Position numbers and translations under genes: made by a program. This document shows, in pieces, positions 8,998 through 18,639 of a DNA stretch of 64,000 nt; within the stretch, counting starts at the first letter, position 1; every line of letters begins with the position of its first letter. The DNA comes from Rhodospirillaceae bacterium (GTDB lineage: Bacteria > Pseudomonadota > Alphaproteobacteria > CACIAM-22H2), in assembly GCA_027490975.1 (NCBI GenBank), contig JAIXXA010000132.1:17253-81252 (forward strand), given 5' to 3'. The notes under the pieces were generated by a model. That model was given only the letters and a program-made list of their open reading frames with translations, was not told the DNA's origin and ran no database searches.

Positions 8998-10674
8998 TTA
9001 GGCGTGCTGCACCGCACACCAGCGCCGCCACAAAGCGCGGTAGAGACGTTCGTAATCGCGTGCATGGCGTTGCAGATTGCAAAGGGACGAGGCGGCGACG
9101 CGTGCGCGCAACGCCGGCCGGTCTTGGTGCGGGGCGGCCGCCGCAAGCCGTGCCGCAAGTTCGGCGAAACCCGCTTCGTCGTCGGCGGCCCAATCGGCAG
9201 CGCCGATGCGCGCCAGCAATGCGGCCGTCCAGCGCGCCATGATCGTCCGACCTCGCAAGGCTGCGATCGGCACGCCCATCCACAGCGATTCGAAACTCGT
9301 GGTGGCCCCGTTGAACGGCGTGGTGTCGAGGGCGAGATCGATGCGCTGGTAGAAGCGCAGATGCTCGATCAATCCGAGATTGCCGCGCTCGAACACGATG
9401 CGCTCCGGGGCGACGCCGAGTCCCTCGAAACGCTTGCGGAAATTCGCGACGGTCTCGGGATCGTCGTAGCGCTGCGCGGATTTGAGGCGCAGCTGCGAAC
9501 CCGGCACCGCGCGCAGCGCCGCCGCCCACAAGGCGAAAGTGCGTGCGGAGAATTTCGACGGATGGTTGGCTGAACCGAACGTGACGTGGCCGTTGGCGAC
9601 GCAGGGTGGGGGCAGAAGCTCGGGTGCGGACGCCAGATGCGGATGCACGAACATGGCGCGCGTGCGCAAAGGCCGCTCGGTCAAGCGGTCGTCGCCGCCG
9701 CCCGCCATCGCGGGATCGAGCACGATGCCGTCGAACACGTCGGTGCCCGTCGTGCTCGAATCGTAGATCGAGAGCTGGACGGGGGCGGGCCGATGCAATG
9801 CAACGCCGAGGCGGTTCTCGTCGAAATGGGCGGCACTCAGCACCAGAATGTCGATGCCGTCGGCGCGCATGCGCGTCGCAACTTCCGCATCCGACATGCC
9901 ACGCGTCGAGACCCAACCGTCGGCGAGCGCCTGAAAGCGCTTGGTGATCGCATCGTCGGCGCGCGTTTCGGAATACGCGAAGACCTCGAAGCGGCTGCGG
10001 TCGCGATAGGCGAACAGGGCTTCGAGCGGGCGGGCGACCGAATGGTAGCGGAAATCCGACGACACGTAGCCCACGCGCAAGCGCCGCTCGGGCTCGGGCA
10101 CGTTGCCGTGCGGTGCCGGCGGCTGCGACGGGGCGAGTGCGGCCGCGCGCCGGCGATTGAGCGCGAGGATCGCGTCGGGATCGCTCGCATCGTCGTAGGC
10201 CATGGCGAGAAGCTGGGCCTTATAGGCCCCGTCGCGCTCGGCACCGCTCGCACGTGCGGCCGCTTGCGCAAACGCCGCGGCCGCGCGTGCGGGCTCGGCC
10301 AAGCCCAGCAAAGCCTGGCCGAGCTCGTAGCGGATGCGCGGCGAATCGGGGGCCGCCTGCGCGCACAAGAGCCCGAGATTGACGGCAAGCTGGAAGCGGT
10401 TCGTGGCGCGCAGCACGTGGCCCAGCGCCACCATCAGATTGAGATTGGCCGGAGCGTCGCGCAACGCGGCATTCAGCATATGGGCTGCCCGTTCGCCCTG
10501 CCCCGCTTCGCACAGCGCAAGCGCATAGTCGCACAGGCACGCGACGTCGCGCGGGCGCAGGCGCAAAGCGCGCTCGAACAGGGCGAGCGACAGCGCGCTG
10601 TCGCCCGACTGCCGGGCCGCGACCGCAGCCGCCAGCAACACCTCGAAATCTTCGCGTTCGCCGTCCGAAGCCAT
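8998..10674 (-). CDS. TPR-repeat glycosyltransferase family 41 protein (O-GlcNAc transferase/SPINDLY-like)
   Basis: Start MASDGEREDFEVLL at 10674. N-terminal TPRs followed by the GT41 C-terminal catalytic region (RLRVGYVSSDFRYHSVA...GHVTFGSANHPSKFS...TTPFNGATTSFESLWMGVPIAALRG). The upstream extension of the 950-aa track ORF is an out-of-frame artefact. Confidence 0.85.
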   Translation of the reverse strand: MASDGEREDFEVLLAAAVAARQSGDSALSLALFERALRLRPRDVACLCDYALALCEAGQGERAAHMLNAALRDAPANLNLMVALGHVLRATNRFQLAVNLGLLCAQAAPDSPRIRYELGQALLGLAEPARAAAAFAQAAARASGAERDGAYKAQLLAMAYDDASDPDAILALNRRRAAALAPSQPPAPHGNVPEPERRLRVGYVSSDFRYHSVARPLEALFAYRDRSRFEVFAYSETRADDAITKRFQALADGWVSTRGMSDAEVATRMRADGIDILVLSAAHFDENRLGVALHRPAPVQLSIYDSSTTGTDVFDGIVLDPAMAGGGDDRLTERPLRTRAMFVHPHLASAPELLPPPCVANGHVTFGSANHPSKFSARTFALWAAALRAVPGSQLRLKSAQRYDDPETVANFRKRFEGLGVAPERIVFERGNLGLIEHLRFYQRIDLALDTTPFNGATTSFESLWMGVPIAALRGRTIMARWTAALLARIGAADWAADDEAGFAELAARLAAAAPHQDRPALRARVAASSLCNLQRHARDYERLYRALWRRWCAVQHA

Positions 10675-10679
10675 GAAGC

Positions 10680-11684
10680 CTAGAGCCAATCGGCCTTTCG
10701 GAACCGGTAATAGAGATAGCCGCACACCGCGACGATGACGCACAGCACGGCATAGTAGCCGTATTCGGTTTCGAGCTCGGGCATGTTCTTGAAGTTCATG
10801 CCGTAGATGCCCGCGATCGCGGTCGGCACGGCAAGGATGGCGGCCCAGCCCGCGAGCTTTTTGGTGACGTCGTTCTGGCTCGCCGCCGAAAGCATCATCG
10901 CCGCGTCGAAGGCCGAGGCCAGCGCTTCGCGCAGATTGTCGATCGACTCGTTGACCTGCAGCACGTGGTCGTAGACGTCGTGGTAGTAGGGCCGCATCTC
11001 GGCGTCGATGACGGGCAGGCTGTAGCGCTCGAGCCGCGCGCAGACTTCGAGCATCGGCGACACCGAGCGGCGGAAGCCCAAAAGCTCGCGGCGCAGCTGG
11101 TAGAGGCGGTTGACCTCGTCGGAGGTGAAGGTCTTGGCCAGAACGTGGCTTTCGATCTCCGCCACTTCTTCGGCGATCGTGTCGATCACCGGGAAAAAAT
11201 TGTCGGCCACGAAATCCATGACGGCATAGAGCACGTAGCCCGCCCCGCGCGCGAACATCTGGGTTTCGCGCTCGCAGCGCGTGCGCACCTCGCCGTACGA
11301 GATGGACGGGCCGTGGCGCACCGCGATCACGTAGCCGCAGCCCGCGAAGATGTGCGTTTCGCCGAACACGATCGCGTTGTCTTTGATCTGGGCGGTGCGC
11401 AAGACCATGAACAGCGCGTCGCCGTAGATATCGACCTTCGGGCGCTGGTGGGTGCGGTTGGCGTCTTCGACCGCAAGCGGATGCAGGCCGAAACGCTGCT
11501 GCACATGCGCCAGCACTTCTTCCGACGGCTCGTGCAGGCCGATCCACACAAAATCGCCGGCATCGAGGCGGTCGAGGGAAGCCTCGTCGAGCGGCAGATC
11601 GCGTTGCTTGATGCCGCCGCGATAGAGGGCACTGGCCACCACCATCGGCGTTCCGTATTCGGTCTTGAGATCGGAAAACGGCAT
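10680..11684 (-). CDS. corA: CorA-family Mg2+/Co2+ transporter
   Basis: Start MPFSDLKTEYG at 11684. Ends with two TM helices containing YGMNF and MPEL motifs. 5-nt gap to the downstream GT41 gene. Confidence 0.9.
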   Translation of the reverse strand: MPFSDLKTEYGTPMVVASALYRGGIKQRDLPLDEASLDRLDAGDFVWIGLHEPSEEVLAHVQQRFGLHPLAVEDANRTHQRPKVDIYGDALFMVLRTAQIKDNAIVFGETHIFAGCGYVIAVRHGPSISYGEVRTRCERETQMFARGAGYVLYAVMDFVADNFFPVIDTIAEEVAEIESHVLAKTFTSDEVNRLYQLRRELLGFRRSVSPMLEVCARLERYSLPVIDAEMRPYYHDVYDHVLQVNESIDNLREALASAFDAAMMLSAASQNDVTKKLAGWAAILAVPTAIAGIYGMNFKNMPELETEYGYYAVLCVIVAVCGYLYYRFRKADWL

Positions 11685-11864
11685 GTCGTGCCTTGCCCCG
11701 CCAGTTTCGCGCGCGGGACACAATAGGCCATCTCGCGCGCGAACGGGAGAGGGGCTGCTGCAACGGTCGACAGGCCCGGAAACGCAAGGTATAAGTGTGA
11801 CGTTTTCGCGAACAAACCACCGGAAAAACCCGGGGTGCCGCAAGAACCAAAGGGAGGAAAGCAG

Positions 11865-13232
11865 ATGAAGCGCAGTGTCGCTTTTGCCGTGTTGGCCGGA
11901 TTCATGGCTGCCGCCATGCCCGCCTCGGCGCAGGAAAAACTCGAAGTCTGGTGGGTCAAGGGCTTCTACAAGGCCGAAGACGACGCGCTGTTCGAAGCGG
12001 TGCGCAAATTCGAAGCCCGCACCGGCGTCAAGGTCGAGCTGTCGCAATACGCGATTCAGGACATGATCCCGAAGACCGTGGCCGCCCTCGAAGCGCGCAC
12101 GGTGCCCGACGTCGCCTACGCCGACGTCTACGATTTCCAGGTCACGAGCAAATGGGCCTTCGAAGGCCGCCTCGAGGATCTGTCGAGCATCCTGCGGCCG
12201 ATGGCATCGACCTTCGCGCCCAACACGCTCGAAACCACGCTGCTGTGGAACGACGTCGCCAAAAACCGCGCCTACTACGCCTTCCCGCTGCGCCAGCAGA
12301 CAATGCATGTGCAGATCTGGAAGGATCTGCTCGAACAGTCCGGCTTCAAGGAAAGCGACATTCCGAAGAACTGGGCAGAGTACTGGTCGTTCTGGTGCGA
12401 CAAGGTGCAGCCGGGCTTCCGCCGCGCCACGGGCACGCGCGGTTTCGCCATCGGCCAGCCGATGGGCGTCGATTCCAGCGACTCGTTCTATTCGTTCCTG
12501 ACGTTCATGGACGCCTACGGCGTCAAGCTCGTGGACGACGAGGGCAAGCTGCTGGTCGATCAGCCCGCCGTCCGCACGGGCCTCATCAACGCGCTCAAGG
12601 ACTATACCGACATCTACTCGCGCGGCTGCACGCCGCCGTCGGCCACGAACTGGAAGGACCCCGACAACAACGTCGCCTTCCACAACAAGACGACCGTGAT
12701 GACGCACAACGCGACCATCTCGATCGCCGCCAAATGGCTCGACGACTCCAACAACGCGTCGCTCACGCCGGCCCAGCGCGCCGAAGCGCTGGACAACTAC
12801 AACAACCGCATCATCACGGCAGGCTTTCCCAACCGTCCGAATGGCCAGCCAATGGTCTATCGCGCGGCGGTGAAAACCGGCGTGGTGTTCTCGGAGGCCC
12901 GCAACAAGGCGCGCGCGCGCGAGTTCGTGGCGTTCCTGCTGCAGGAGGAGAACCTCACACCGTACGTCGAAGGTTCGCTCGGCCGCTGGTTCCCGGTCAC
13001 CAAGAACGCGCAGTTGAGCCCGTTCTGGAACGCCGACCGGCATCGCCAGGCCGTACGCGACCAGTTCGCGGCCGGTACCGTGACGTTTGAGTTCACCAAG
13101 AACTGGAAGTTCTCGATGCTGAACAACGAGAACGTCTGGGCCAAGGCGATGAACCGCGTCGTCAACGAACGCGTGCCGGTCGAACGCGCCGTGGACGAAA
13201 TGATTGCCCGCATCAAGCAAGTCGCGGGCTGA
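11865..13232 (+). CDS. ABC transporter substrate-binding protein (family 1, sugar/carbohydrate type)
   Basis: ATG at 11865 with AGGGAGGA upstream. Signal peptide (MKRSVAFAVLAGFMAAAMPASA) followed by an SBP_bac_1-like body. Confidence 0.9.
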   Translation: MKRSVAFAVLAGFMAAAMPASAQEKLEVWWVKGFYKAEDDALFEAVRKFEARTGVKVELSQYAIQDMIPKTVAALEARTVPDVAYADVYDFQVTSKWAFEGRLEDLSSILRPMASTFAPNTLETTLLWNDVAKNRAYYAFPLRQQTMHVQIWKDLLEQSGFKESDIPKNWAEYWSFWCDKVQPGFRRATGTRGFAIGQPMGVDSSDSFYSFLTFMDAYGVKLVDDEGKLLVDQPAVRTGLINALKDYTDIYSRGCTPPSATNWKDPDNNVAFHNKTTVMTHNATISIAAKWLDDSNNASLTPAQRAEALDNYNNRIITAGFPNRPNGQPMVYRAAVKTGVVFSEARNKARAREFVAFLLQEENLTPYVEGSLGRWFPVTKNAQLSPFWNADRHRQAVRDQFAAGTVTFEFTKNWKFSMLNNENVWAKAMNRVVNERVPVERAVDEMIARIKQVAG

Positions 13233-13336
13233 CGATACGCGAAGTCGGCGGCTGCCCGTTTCGAACGGGCAGCCGCCGATGCCTTCAGCCACGCTTTCCA
13301 AGACGCAGCCGTTACCAGAAGCCAGGGCCGCCGGAC

Positions 13337-14215
13337 ATGTCGCAAGCCGCAACCGCCGATCTCTCCTCGTTCCCCTCGGCCGCGCCGGCCGCCGGGCGCA
13401 TGTCGAGCTGGCAGAATTGGGGCATGCTGCTGGTCCTGCCCTATCTCGCGGTGTTCTTCGTATTCGTGCTCTATCCGGTCGGCTACGGGCTGTGGCTCGG
13501 CAACGACCTGCAAAGCTATCGCGCGCTATTCGCGGACGACATTTTCTGGCGCTCGGTCGTCAACACGATCATTTTTCTCGGCGTCGGTGTGAATCTGAAG
13601 CTGGCGATAGCACTGCTGCTGTCGGGCTTTTTCGCAGTACCCCGCTGGTGGATCCGCGTGCTGGGGCTGCTGTTCATCTTGCCGTGGGCGGTGCCGTCGA
13701 TCCCGACGATTCTGTCCTTCCGCTTCATGCTGAACCCCGAATGGGGCGTCATCAATCAGGTCTACTACAATCTCACGTTCCTCGACGGGCCCAACTGGCT
13801 CAACAACCCGGTGCTCGGCCTGACGATGTCGATCGTCGTGCATATCTGGAAATCGCTGCCTTTCTGGACGCTGATCCTGCTTGCGGGCCGCCTTGCGATC
13901 TCGAAGGAAATGTACGAGGCCGCCGCCATCGACGGCGCTTCTTCCCTGCAGAAATTCCGCTTCATCACTTGGCCCGCGATGCGCCAGCTCTATTTGACCT
14001 GCACGATTCTGTCGATGTTCTTCACGCTCGGCGACTTCAACAGCGTCTACCTGCTAACCGGCGGCGGGCCGGCAGACCTCACGCATGTGCTGGCGACGCT
14101 CGGCATCCGCTACATCCGGCTCGACCAGGTCGATCTGGCGATGGCCTCAATCATCTGCGCTTTGCCGCTGATGGCGCCGCTGATGGTGTTCATGATGCGT
14201 CGTCTGTCGAAATAG
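13337..14215 (+). CDS. ABC transporter permease (MalF/UgpA-like)
   Basis: 292 aa, 6 TM, EAA-like loop (EAAAIDGASSLQKFRFITWP). Confidence 0.9.
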   Translation: MSQAATADLSSFPSAAPAAGRMSSWQNWGMLLVLPYLAVFFVFVLYPVGYGLWLGNDLQSYRALFADDIFWRSVVNTIIFLGVGVNLKLAIALLLSGFFAVPRWWIRVLGLLFILPWAVPSIPTILSFRFMLNPEWGVINQVYYNLTFLDGPNWLNNPVLGLTMSIVVHIWKSLPFWTLILLAGRLAISKEMYEAAAIDGASSLQKFRFITWPAMRQLYLTCTILSMFFTLGDFNSVYLLTGGGPADLTHVLATLGIRYIRLDQVDLAMASIICALPLMAPLMVFMMRRLSK

Positions 14216-14226
14216 GAACGGGTGCG

Positions 14227-15063
14227 ATGCGCAAATTCTTCACCGAAGCCCGCCTGCTGCTGGTTGCGATCCCGGTCTTTCTGTGGACCATGATCCCGCT
14301 CTACCATCTGATGCTGTTCGCGATATCGCCGCGCGACACGGCCTTCAAGGGCAAGCTGTGGCCCGACGATCCTACTTTTCGCAACTTCGAGCTCGTGCTG
14401 CAGCAGAAGCACTACTACCTCAATAATTTCTGGCACCAGATGTGGAACTCGCTGGTGATTGCACTCGCGGTCGGCTTCATCACTTTGTTCGTGGCGACGG
14501 CGGCGGCGTTTGCGATCAGCCGCCTGCGCGTGCGCGGCGGCCGGCTGATCATGAATCTGGCCCTGCTCACCTATTTCGTGCCGGCCGCGTTCCTGGCGCT
14601 GCCCATGTACAAGGCGATGGCGGTCTACGGCCTCCTCAACACGCAATGGGCGCTGATCTTCGCGATGGTCGCGATCGCCACACCCTATGCGATCTGGGTG
14701 CTCAAGCAGGCCGGCGACAAGCTGCCGATCGAACTCGACGAGGCCGCGATCATCGACGGCGCCACCGCCCCGCAGCTCTTCCGCTTCATCTTCCTGCCGC
14801 TGATGGCGCCCTCGATGGTCGCGGTCGGCACCTATGCGCTCTTGCTGGCATGGAACGAATATCTCTACGCGTTCCTGCTTTTGTCGCGCGACATCGACAC
14901 CACGCTGGCCGTGGCGCTGGGCGCGTTCCTGTCGGCCGACGATTCGCCGTGGGAATTGCTGATGACGGCGGGCCTCATCTACGCGCTGCCGCCCGCTGCG
15001 ATCTACTATGCGTTCCGCCGCTACATGGCGGCCGACTTGACCTCGGGCTCCGTCAAAAGCTGA
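14227..15063 (+). CDS. ABC transporter permease (MalG/UgpE-like)
   Basis: ATG at 14227 (MRKFFTEARLLL). EAA loop (DEAAIIDGATAPQLFRFIFLP). Confidence 0.9.
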   Translation: MRKFFTEARLLLVAIPVFLWTMIPLYHLMLFAISPRDTAFKGKLWPDDPTFRNFELVLQQKHYYLNNFWHQMWNSLVIALAVGFITLFVATAAAFAISRLRVRGGRLIMNLALLTYFVPAAFLALPMYKAMAVYGLLNTQWALIFAMVAIATPYAIWVLKQAGDKLPIELDEAAIIDGATAPQLFRFIFLPLMAPSMVAVGTYALLLAWNEYLYAFLLLSRDIDTTLAVALGAFLSADDSPWELLMTAGLIYALPPAAIYYAFRRYMAADLTSGSVKS

Positions 15064-15860
15064 TGCTGACGGCAGGCGAAATCGCCGCCTATGCGGAGCA
15101 AGGTTTCGTCGTGCCCGCGATGCGCCTCGACGCGGCGCGCGTCGCAGCGTTGCGCAGCACTCTCGACCGGCTCATCGCGGCCAATCCGCATATCCGGCCC
15201 GAGCGGCTCGTGAGCGCGCATATCGACGGCGAAAACGCCGAGGGCGTCAAAGGCTCGGCCGATTTCCTCGACCTCGCGCGCGATCCCGCGATCGTGGCGG
15301 CGGTTTCGCAGTTGATCGGCGCGGATGTGATTTTGTGGGGCTGCCAGATCTTCTGCAAACCCGGCAGCGACGGCATGGAAGTGCCATGGCACCAGGACGG
15401 GCATTACTGGCCGATCCGCCCCCTGGCGACCTGCACCGTGTGGATCGCCCTCGATCCCTCGAATGTGGCCAACGGCTGCCTGCGCCTGATCCCGGGCTCG
15501 CATCGCGACCGCACGCTGCTGCCCCACATGACCGAGGCGCGCAGCGACGTGGTGCTGAACCAACGCGCCGACGATGCGGGTTTCGATGCGTCCACGGCGA
15601 TCGACATCGAACTCGAGCCGGGGCAAATGTCGCTGCACGACGTCTACGCGATCCACGGCTCGAACCCGAACCGCTCGCCGCAGCGGCGCGCCGGCGTCGC
15701 GATCCGCTACATGCCGGCGACGTCGCTGTTCGCGCGCGATCTCATCGCGACGAGTGCGGCAAGCGGCTACAAGGTCGATTTTGCCACGCGGCCCATTTGG
15801 CTCGTGGCGGGCCGGGACCGTACGGGACAGAACGATTTCCGCATCGGCCACCGAAACTAG
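15063..15860 (+). CDS. Phytanoyl-CoA dioxygenase (PhyH) family Fe(II)/2-oxoglutarate-dependent oxygenase
   Basis: ATG overlaps the permease stop. Contains HQDGHYW...D...H metal-binding pattern (VPWHQDGHYWP, IHGSNPNRS) typical of PhyH. Confidence 0.8.
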   Translation: MLTAGEIAAYAEQGFVVPAMRLDAARVAALRSTLDRLIAANPHIRPERLVSAHIDGENAEGVKGSADFLDLARDPAIVAAVSQLIGADVILWGCQIFCKPGSDGMEVPWHQDGHYWPIRPLATCTVWIALDPSNVANGCLRLIPGSHRDRTLLPHMTEARSDVVLNQRADDAGFDASTAIDIELEPGQMSLHDVYAIHGSNPNRSPQRRAGVAIRYMPATSLFARDLIATSAASGYKVDFATRPIWLVAGRDRTGQNDFRIGHRN

Positions 15861-16507
15861 AATTTGCCGTATTTGAGGTAGGCCGCCTGCGGATCCATGC
15901 CGCCAAGGATGGCGCTGCGCACCGCGTTTTCCGTGCCGACGACCTCTTCGGTGCGCGTCACGGCCGCCTCGGCGATGGCTTGCGGGACCACGACGGCGCC
16001 GTCGGCATCGGCGAGCACATAGTCGCCGGTCGCGACCGTGACCGCACCGATCGTGACAGGTGCGCCGAACGCATCGGGGACCCAGCGTGCGCCGATATCG
16101 GCCGCCGTCGCAAAGCTGCAGAACACCGGGAAGCCGATTTCGACGATCATATCGACGTCGCGCGTCCCGCCGTCGACGAGATAGCCGAGCACGCCTTTGC
16201 GCTTGAGGGCGGCTGCCGACAATTCGCCCATCAAAGCGATTTCGTGCGTGTGCGGCTGGCAGACAACGACATGGCCCGACGGCGCCTTGGAGAGCAGCCC
16301 GGTCCAGGCAAGCAGCGTGTCGTGCGCGGTTTTGGTGCGGTCGATATGGCCGCTCACGGTCCACACAGGGCCGGCAAGCCGCATGCCGGGCGCAAGGGCG
16401 CGGATTGCGGGCGGCAGCACGCAGCGCTCGTGACCCATCGTACGCAGCACGTCGTGCACGGCCGAACTGTAGCAGCGGCCCAGCCTTTGGCTCAGCGTGT
16501 CGGTCAT
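15857..16507 (-). CDS. RraA-family protein (4-hydroxy-4-methyl-2-oxoglutarate aldolase / RNase E inhibitor-like)
   Basis: 216 aa with the RraA-like core GDYVLADADGAVVVP and LVDGGTRD motif. Confidence 0.85.
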   Translation of the reverse strand: MTDTLSQRLGRCYSSAVHDVLRTMGHERCVLPPAIRALAPGMRLAGPVWTVSGHIDRTKTAHDTLLAWTGLLSKAPSGHVVVCQPHTHEIALMGELSAAALKRKGVLGYLVDGGTRDVDMIVEIGFPVFCSFATAADIGARWVPDAFGAPVTIGAVTVATGDYVLADADGAVVVPQAIAEAAVTRTEEVVGTENAVRSAILGGMDPQAAYLKYGKF

Positions 16508-16598
16508 GGCAGTCTCCCGGAAGGATCGAACGGCTTGTCAGGTGCTTGGCGTCAAGATAAACCCCACGAACGCAATCTTGTAAAGGCGACACAACCCC

Positions 16599-16997
16599 AT
16601 GACGCAAAGTTTTGCGCTCTATTTTTGGATCGCGCTCGGCAGTGCGGTGGGCGGCGTGGCGCGCCATGCGGCATCGGCCGCAATTCTTGCGGTCGCGGAT
16701 CCGCAAGGCCTGCCGTGGTGGACGATTCTCGTCAACGTCACCGGCAGTTTTGCGATCGGGTTCGTCGCGGCCGCGACAGCGCCGTCCGGCCTGTGGCCGC
16801 AGAGCGACAATCTGCGCGTCTTTCTGACCGTCGGCATCTTGGGCGGCTACACCACCTTCTCGGCCTTTTCGCTGCAAACGCTCGATCTTGCACGCCAGGG
16901 CGAGATGGGGCTTGCCGGGCTCAATGTCGTTCTGTCGGTCGGGCTTTGCCTTGCCGCAGTCGCGGCGGGCCACTACGCCGCGCGCTTGTTCGAATAA
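16599..16997 (+). CDS. crcB: Fluoride ion channel CrcB/FluC
   Basis: 132 aa, 4 TM, conserved GGYTTFSAFS motif. Confidence 0.9.
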   Translation: MTQSFALYFWIALGSAVGGVARHAASAAILAVADPQGLPWWTILVNVTGSFAIGFVAAATAPSGLWPQSDNLRVFLTVGILGGYTTFSAFSLQTLDLARQGEMGLAGLNVVLSVGLCLAAVAAGHYAARLFE

Positions 16998-17019
16998 AGC
17001 CCCAAGGGAGACGCAAAAC

Positions 17020-18639
17020 GTGGCCGCAGAAAACGAACTCGGCGAATTCGACTACATCGTCGTCGGCGCAGGTTCGGCGGGCTGCGTGCTCGCCAACCGC
17101 CTGTCGGCCGATCCCGCCAACCGCGTGCTGCTGCTCGAAGCGGGCGGCAAAGACGACTATCTGTGGATCCATATCCCGGTCGGATATCTCTACACGCACG
17201 GCAATCCGCGCGTCGATTGGTGCTTCAAGACAGAAAGCGAGCCGGGCCTCGGCGGGCGCGCCTTGGGCTATCCGCGCGGCAAGGTGCTCGGCGGCTGCAC
17301 GGCCATCAACGGCATGATCTACATGCGCGGCCAAGCCGCCGACTACGACCATTGGCGCCAATTGGGCCTCAAAGGCTGGGGCTGGGACGATTTGCTGCCC
17401 TATTTCAAACGTTCGGAAGACAATGTGCGATTCGCCGACGACGCGCTGCACGGCACGGGCGGCGAAGTGCGCGTCGAAGAGATGCGCTTGTCGTGGGAAA
17501 TTCTCGACGCGTTCCGCGACGCAGCCGCCCAGACCGGCATCCCCAAGATCGACGACTTCAACGGCGGCGACAATTTCGGCTGCGCCTATTTCCAGGTGAA
17601 CCAAAACAAGGGCGTGCGCTGGACCTCGGCCAAGGGCTTCCTGCGCCCGGCGATGAAACGCGCGAATTTGCGCGTGCTCACGCATGCGACCGCGCACGGC
17701 CTCATCCTGGAAGACGGGCGCGTGGCGGGCGTGCGCGTTTCGCACGGCGGCAAAATCCACGCCGTGCGCGCGGCACGCGAAACCGTGCTGGCGGCCGGCG
17801 CTATCGGCTCGCCGCAGCTGCTGCAATTGTCGGGCATCGGCGATCCGGCCGAGCTCGCCAAACACGGCATTGCGTTGCGCCACGAAAGCAAAGATGTCGG
17901 CGCCAATCTGCAGGACCATCTGCAGATCCGCTGCGCCTACAAGGTCCACGGCACCAAGACGATGAACGAACGCGCCAATTCGCTGTTCGGCAAAGCCGCC
18001 ATGGCGCTCGAATACGCGCTGTTCCGGCGCGGGCCGCTGACGATGGCGCCGTCCCAGCTCGGTGCGTTCGCCAAGTCCGGCCCCGACAAGGCGACCGCCG
18101 ATCTCGAATACCATGTGCAGCCTTTGAGCCTCGACCGGTTCGGCGAACCCCTGCACCCGTTTCCGGCCTTCACGGCGTCGGTGTGCAATCTGCGCCCGAC
18201 AAGCCGCGGCCATGTGCGCCTCAAATCGGCGGACCCAGCGGCGGCCCCGGCGATCCAGCCCAACTATCTTTCGACCGACGAAGACAAGCGCATTGCGGCC
18301 GAAGCCATTCGCCTCACACGGCGCATCGTGGCGGCCCCGGCGCTGCAGCGCTTCCGGCCCGAAGAATTTCGTCCCGGCCGCGAGGCCGCGAGCGAAAGCG
18401 AACTCGTGGCGGCGGCGGGCCGCATCGGCACCACGATCTTCCATCCCGTTGGCACGTGCCGCATGGGGGCGGACGCAAACGCCGTCGTCGATGCGCGGCT
18501 GCGCTTGAACGGGCTTTCCGGCCTGCGCGTCGCCGACGCCTCGGTGATGCCGAGCATCACGTCCGGCAACACGAATGCGCCCACGATCGTGATCGCGGAA
18601 AAAGCCGCCGCTATGATCCTTGAGGACTCGCGCGGCTAG
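17020..18639 (+). CDS. GMC-family FAD-dependent oxidoreductase (choline/alcohol dehydrogenase-like)
   Basis: GTG at 17020 with AAGGGAG upstream. FAD motif DYIVVGAGSAGCVLANRL, GGCTAINGMIYMRG, C-terminal GMC signature (HPVGTCRMG...ADASVMP). Confidence 0.9.
   Translation: MAAENELGEFDYIVVGAGSAGCVLANRLSADPANRVLLLEAGGKDDYLWIHIPVGYLYTHGNPRVDWCFKTESEPGLGGRALGYPRGKVLGGCTAINGMIYMRGQAADYDHWRQLGLKGWGWDDLLPYFKRSEDNVRFADDALHGTGGEVRVEEMRLSWEILDAFRDAAAQTGIPKIDDFNGGDNFGCAYFQVNQNKGVRWTSAKGFLRPAMKRANLRVLTHATAHGLILEDGRVAGVRVSHGGKIHAVRAARETVLAAGAIGSPQLLQLSGIGDPAELAKHGIALRHESKDVGANLQDHLQIRCAYKVHGTKTMNERANSLFGKAAMALEYALFRRGPLTMAPSQLGAFAKSGPDKATADLEYHVQPLSLDRFGEPLHPFPAFTASVCNLRPTSRGHVRLKSADPAAAPAIQPNYLSTDEDKRIAAEAIRLTRRIVAAPALQRFRPEEFRPGREAASESELVAAAGRIGTTIFHPVGTCRMGADANAVVDARLRLNGLSGLRVADASVMPSITSGNTNAPTIVIAEKAAAMILEDSRG

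Noticed and set aside
16508-16598. Possible fluoride riboswitch upstream of crcB
   Set aside because: The conserved cores of the crcB motif (GGNGAUGG...CUGAUGA and pseudoknot elements) are not present in this 91-nt leader, so it is probably a plain promoter. A covariance-model scan (Rfam RF01734) would be decisive.
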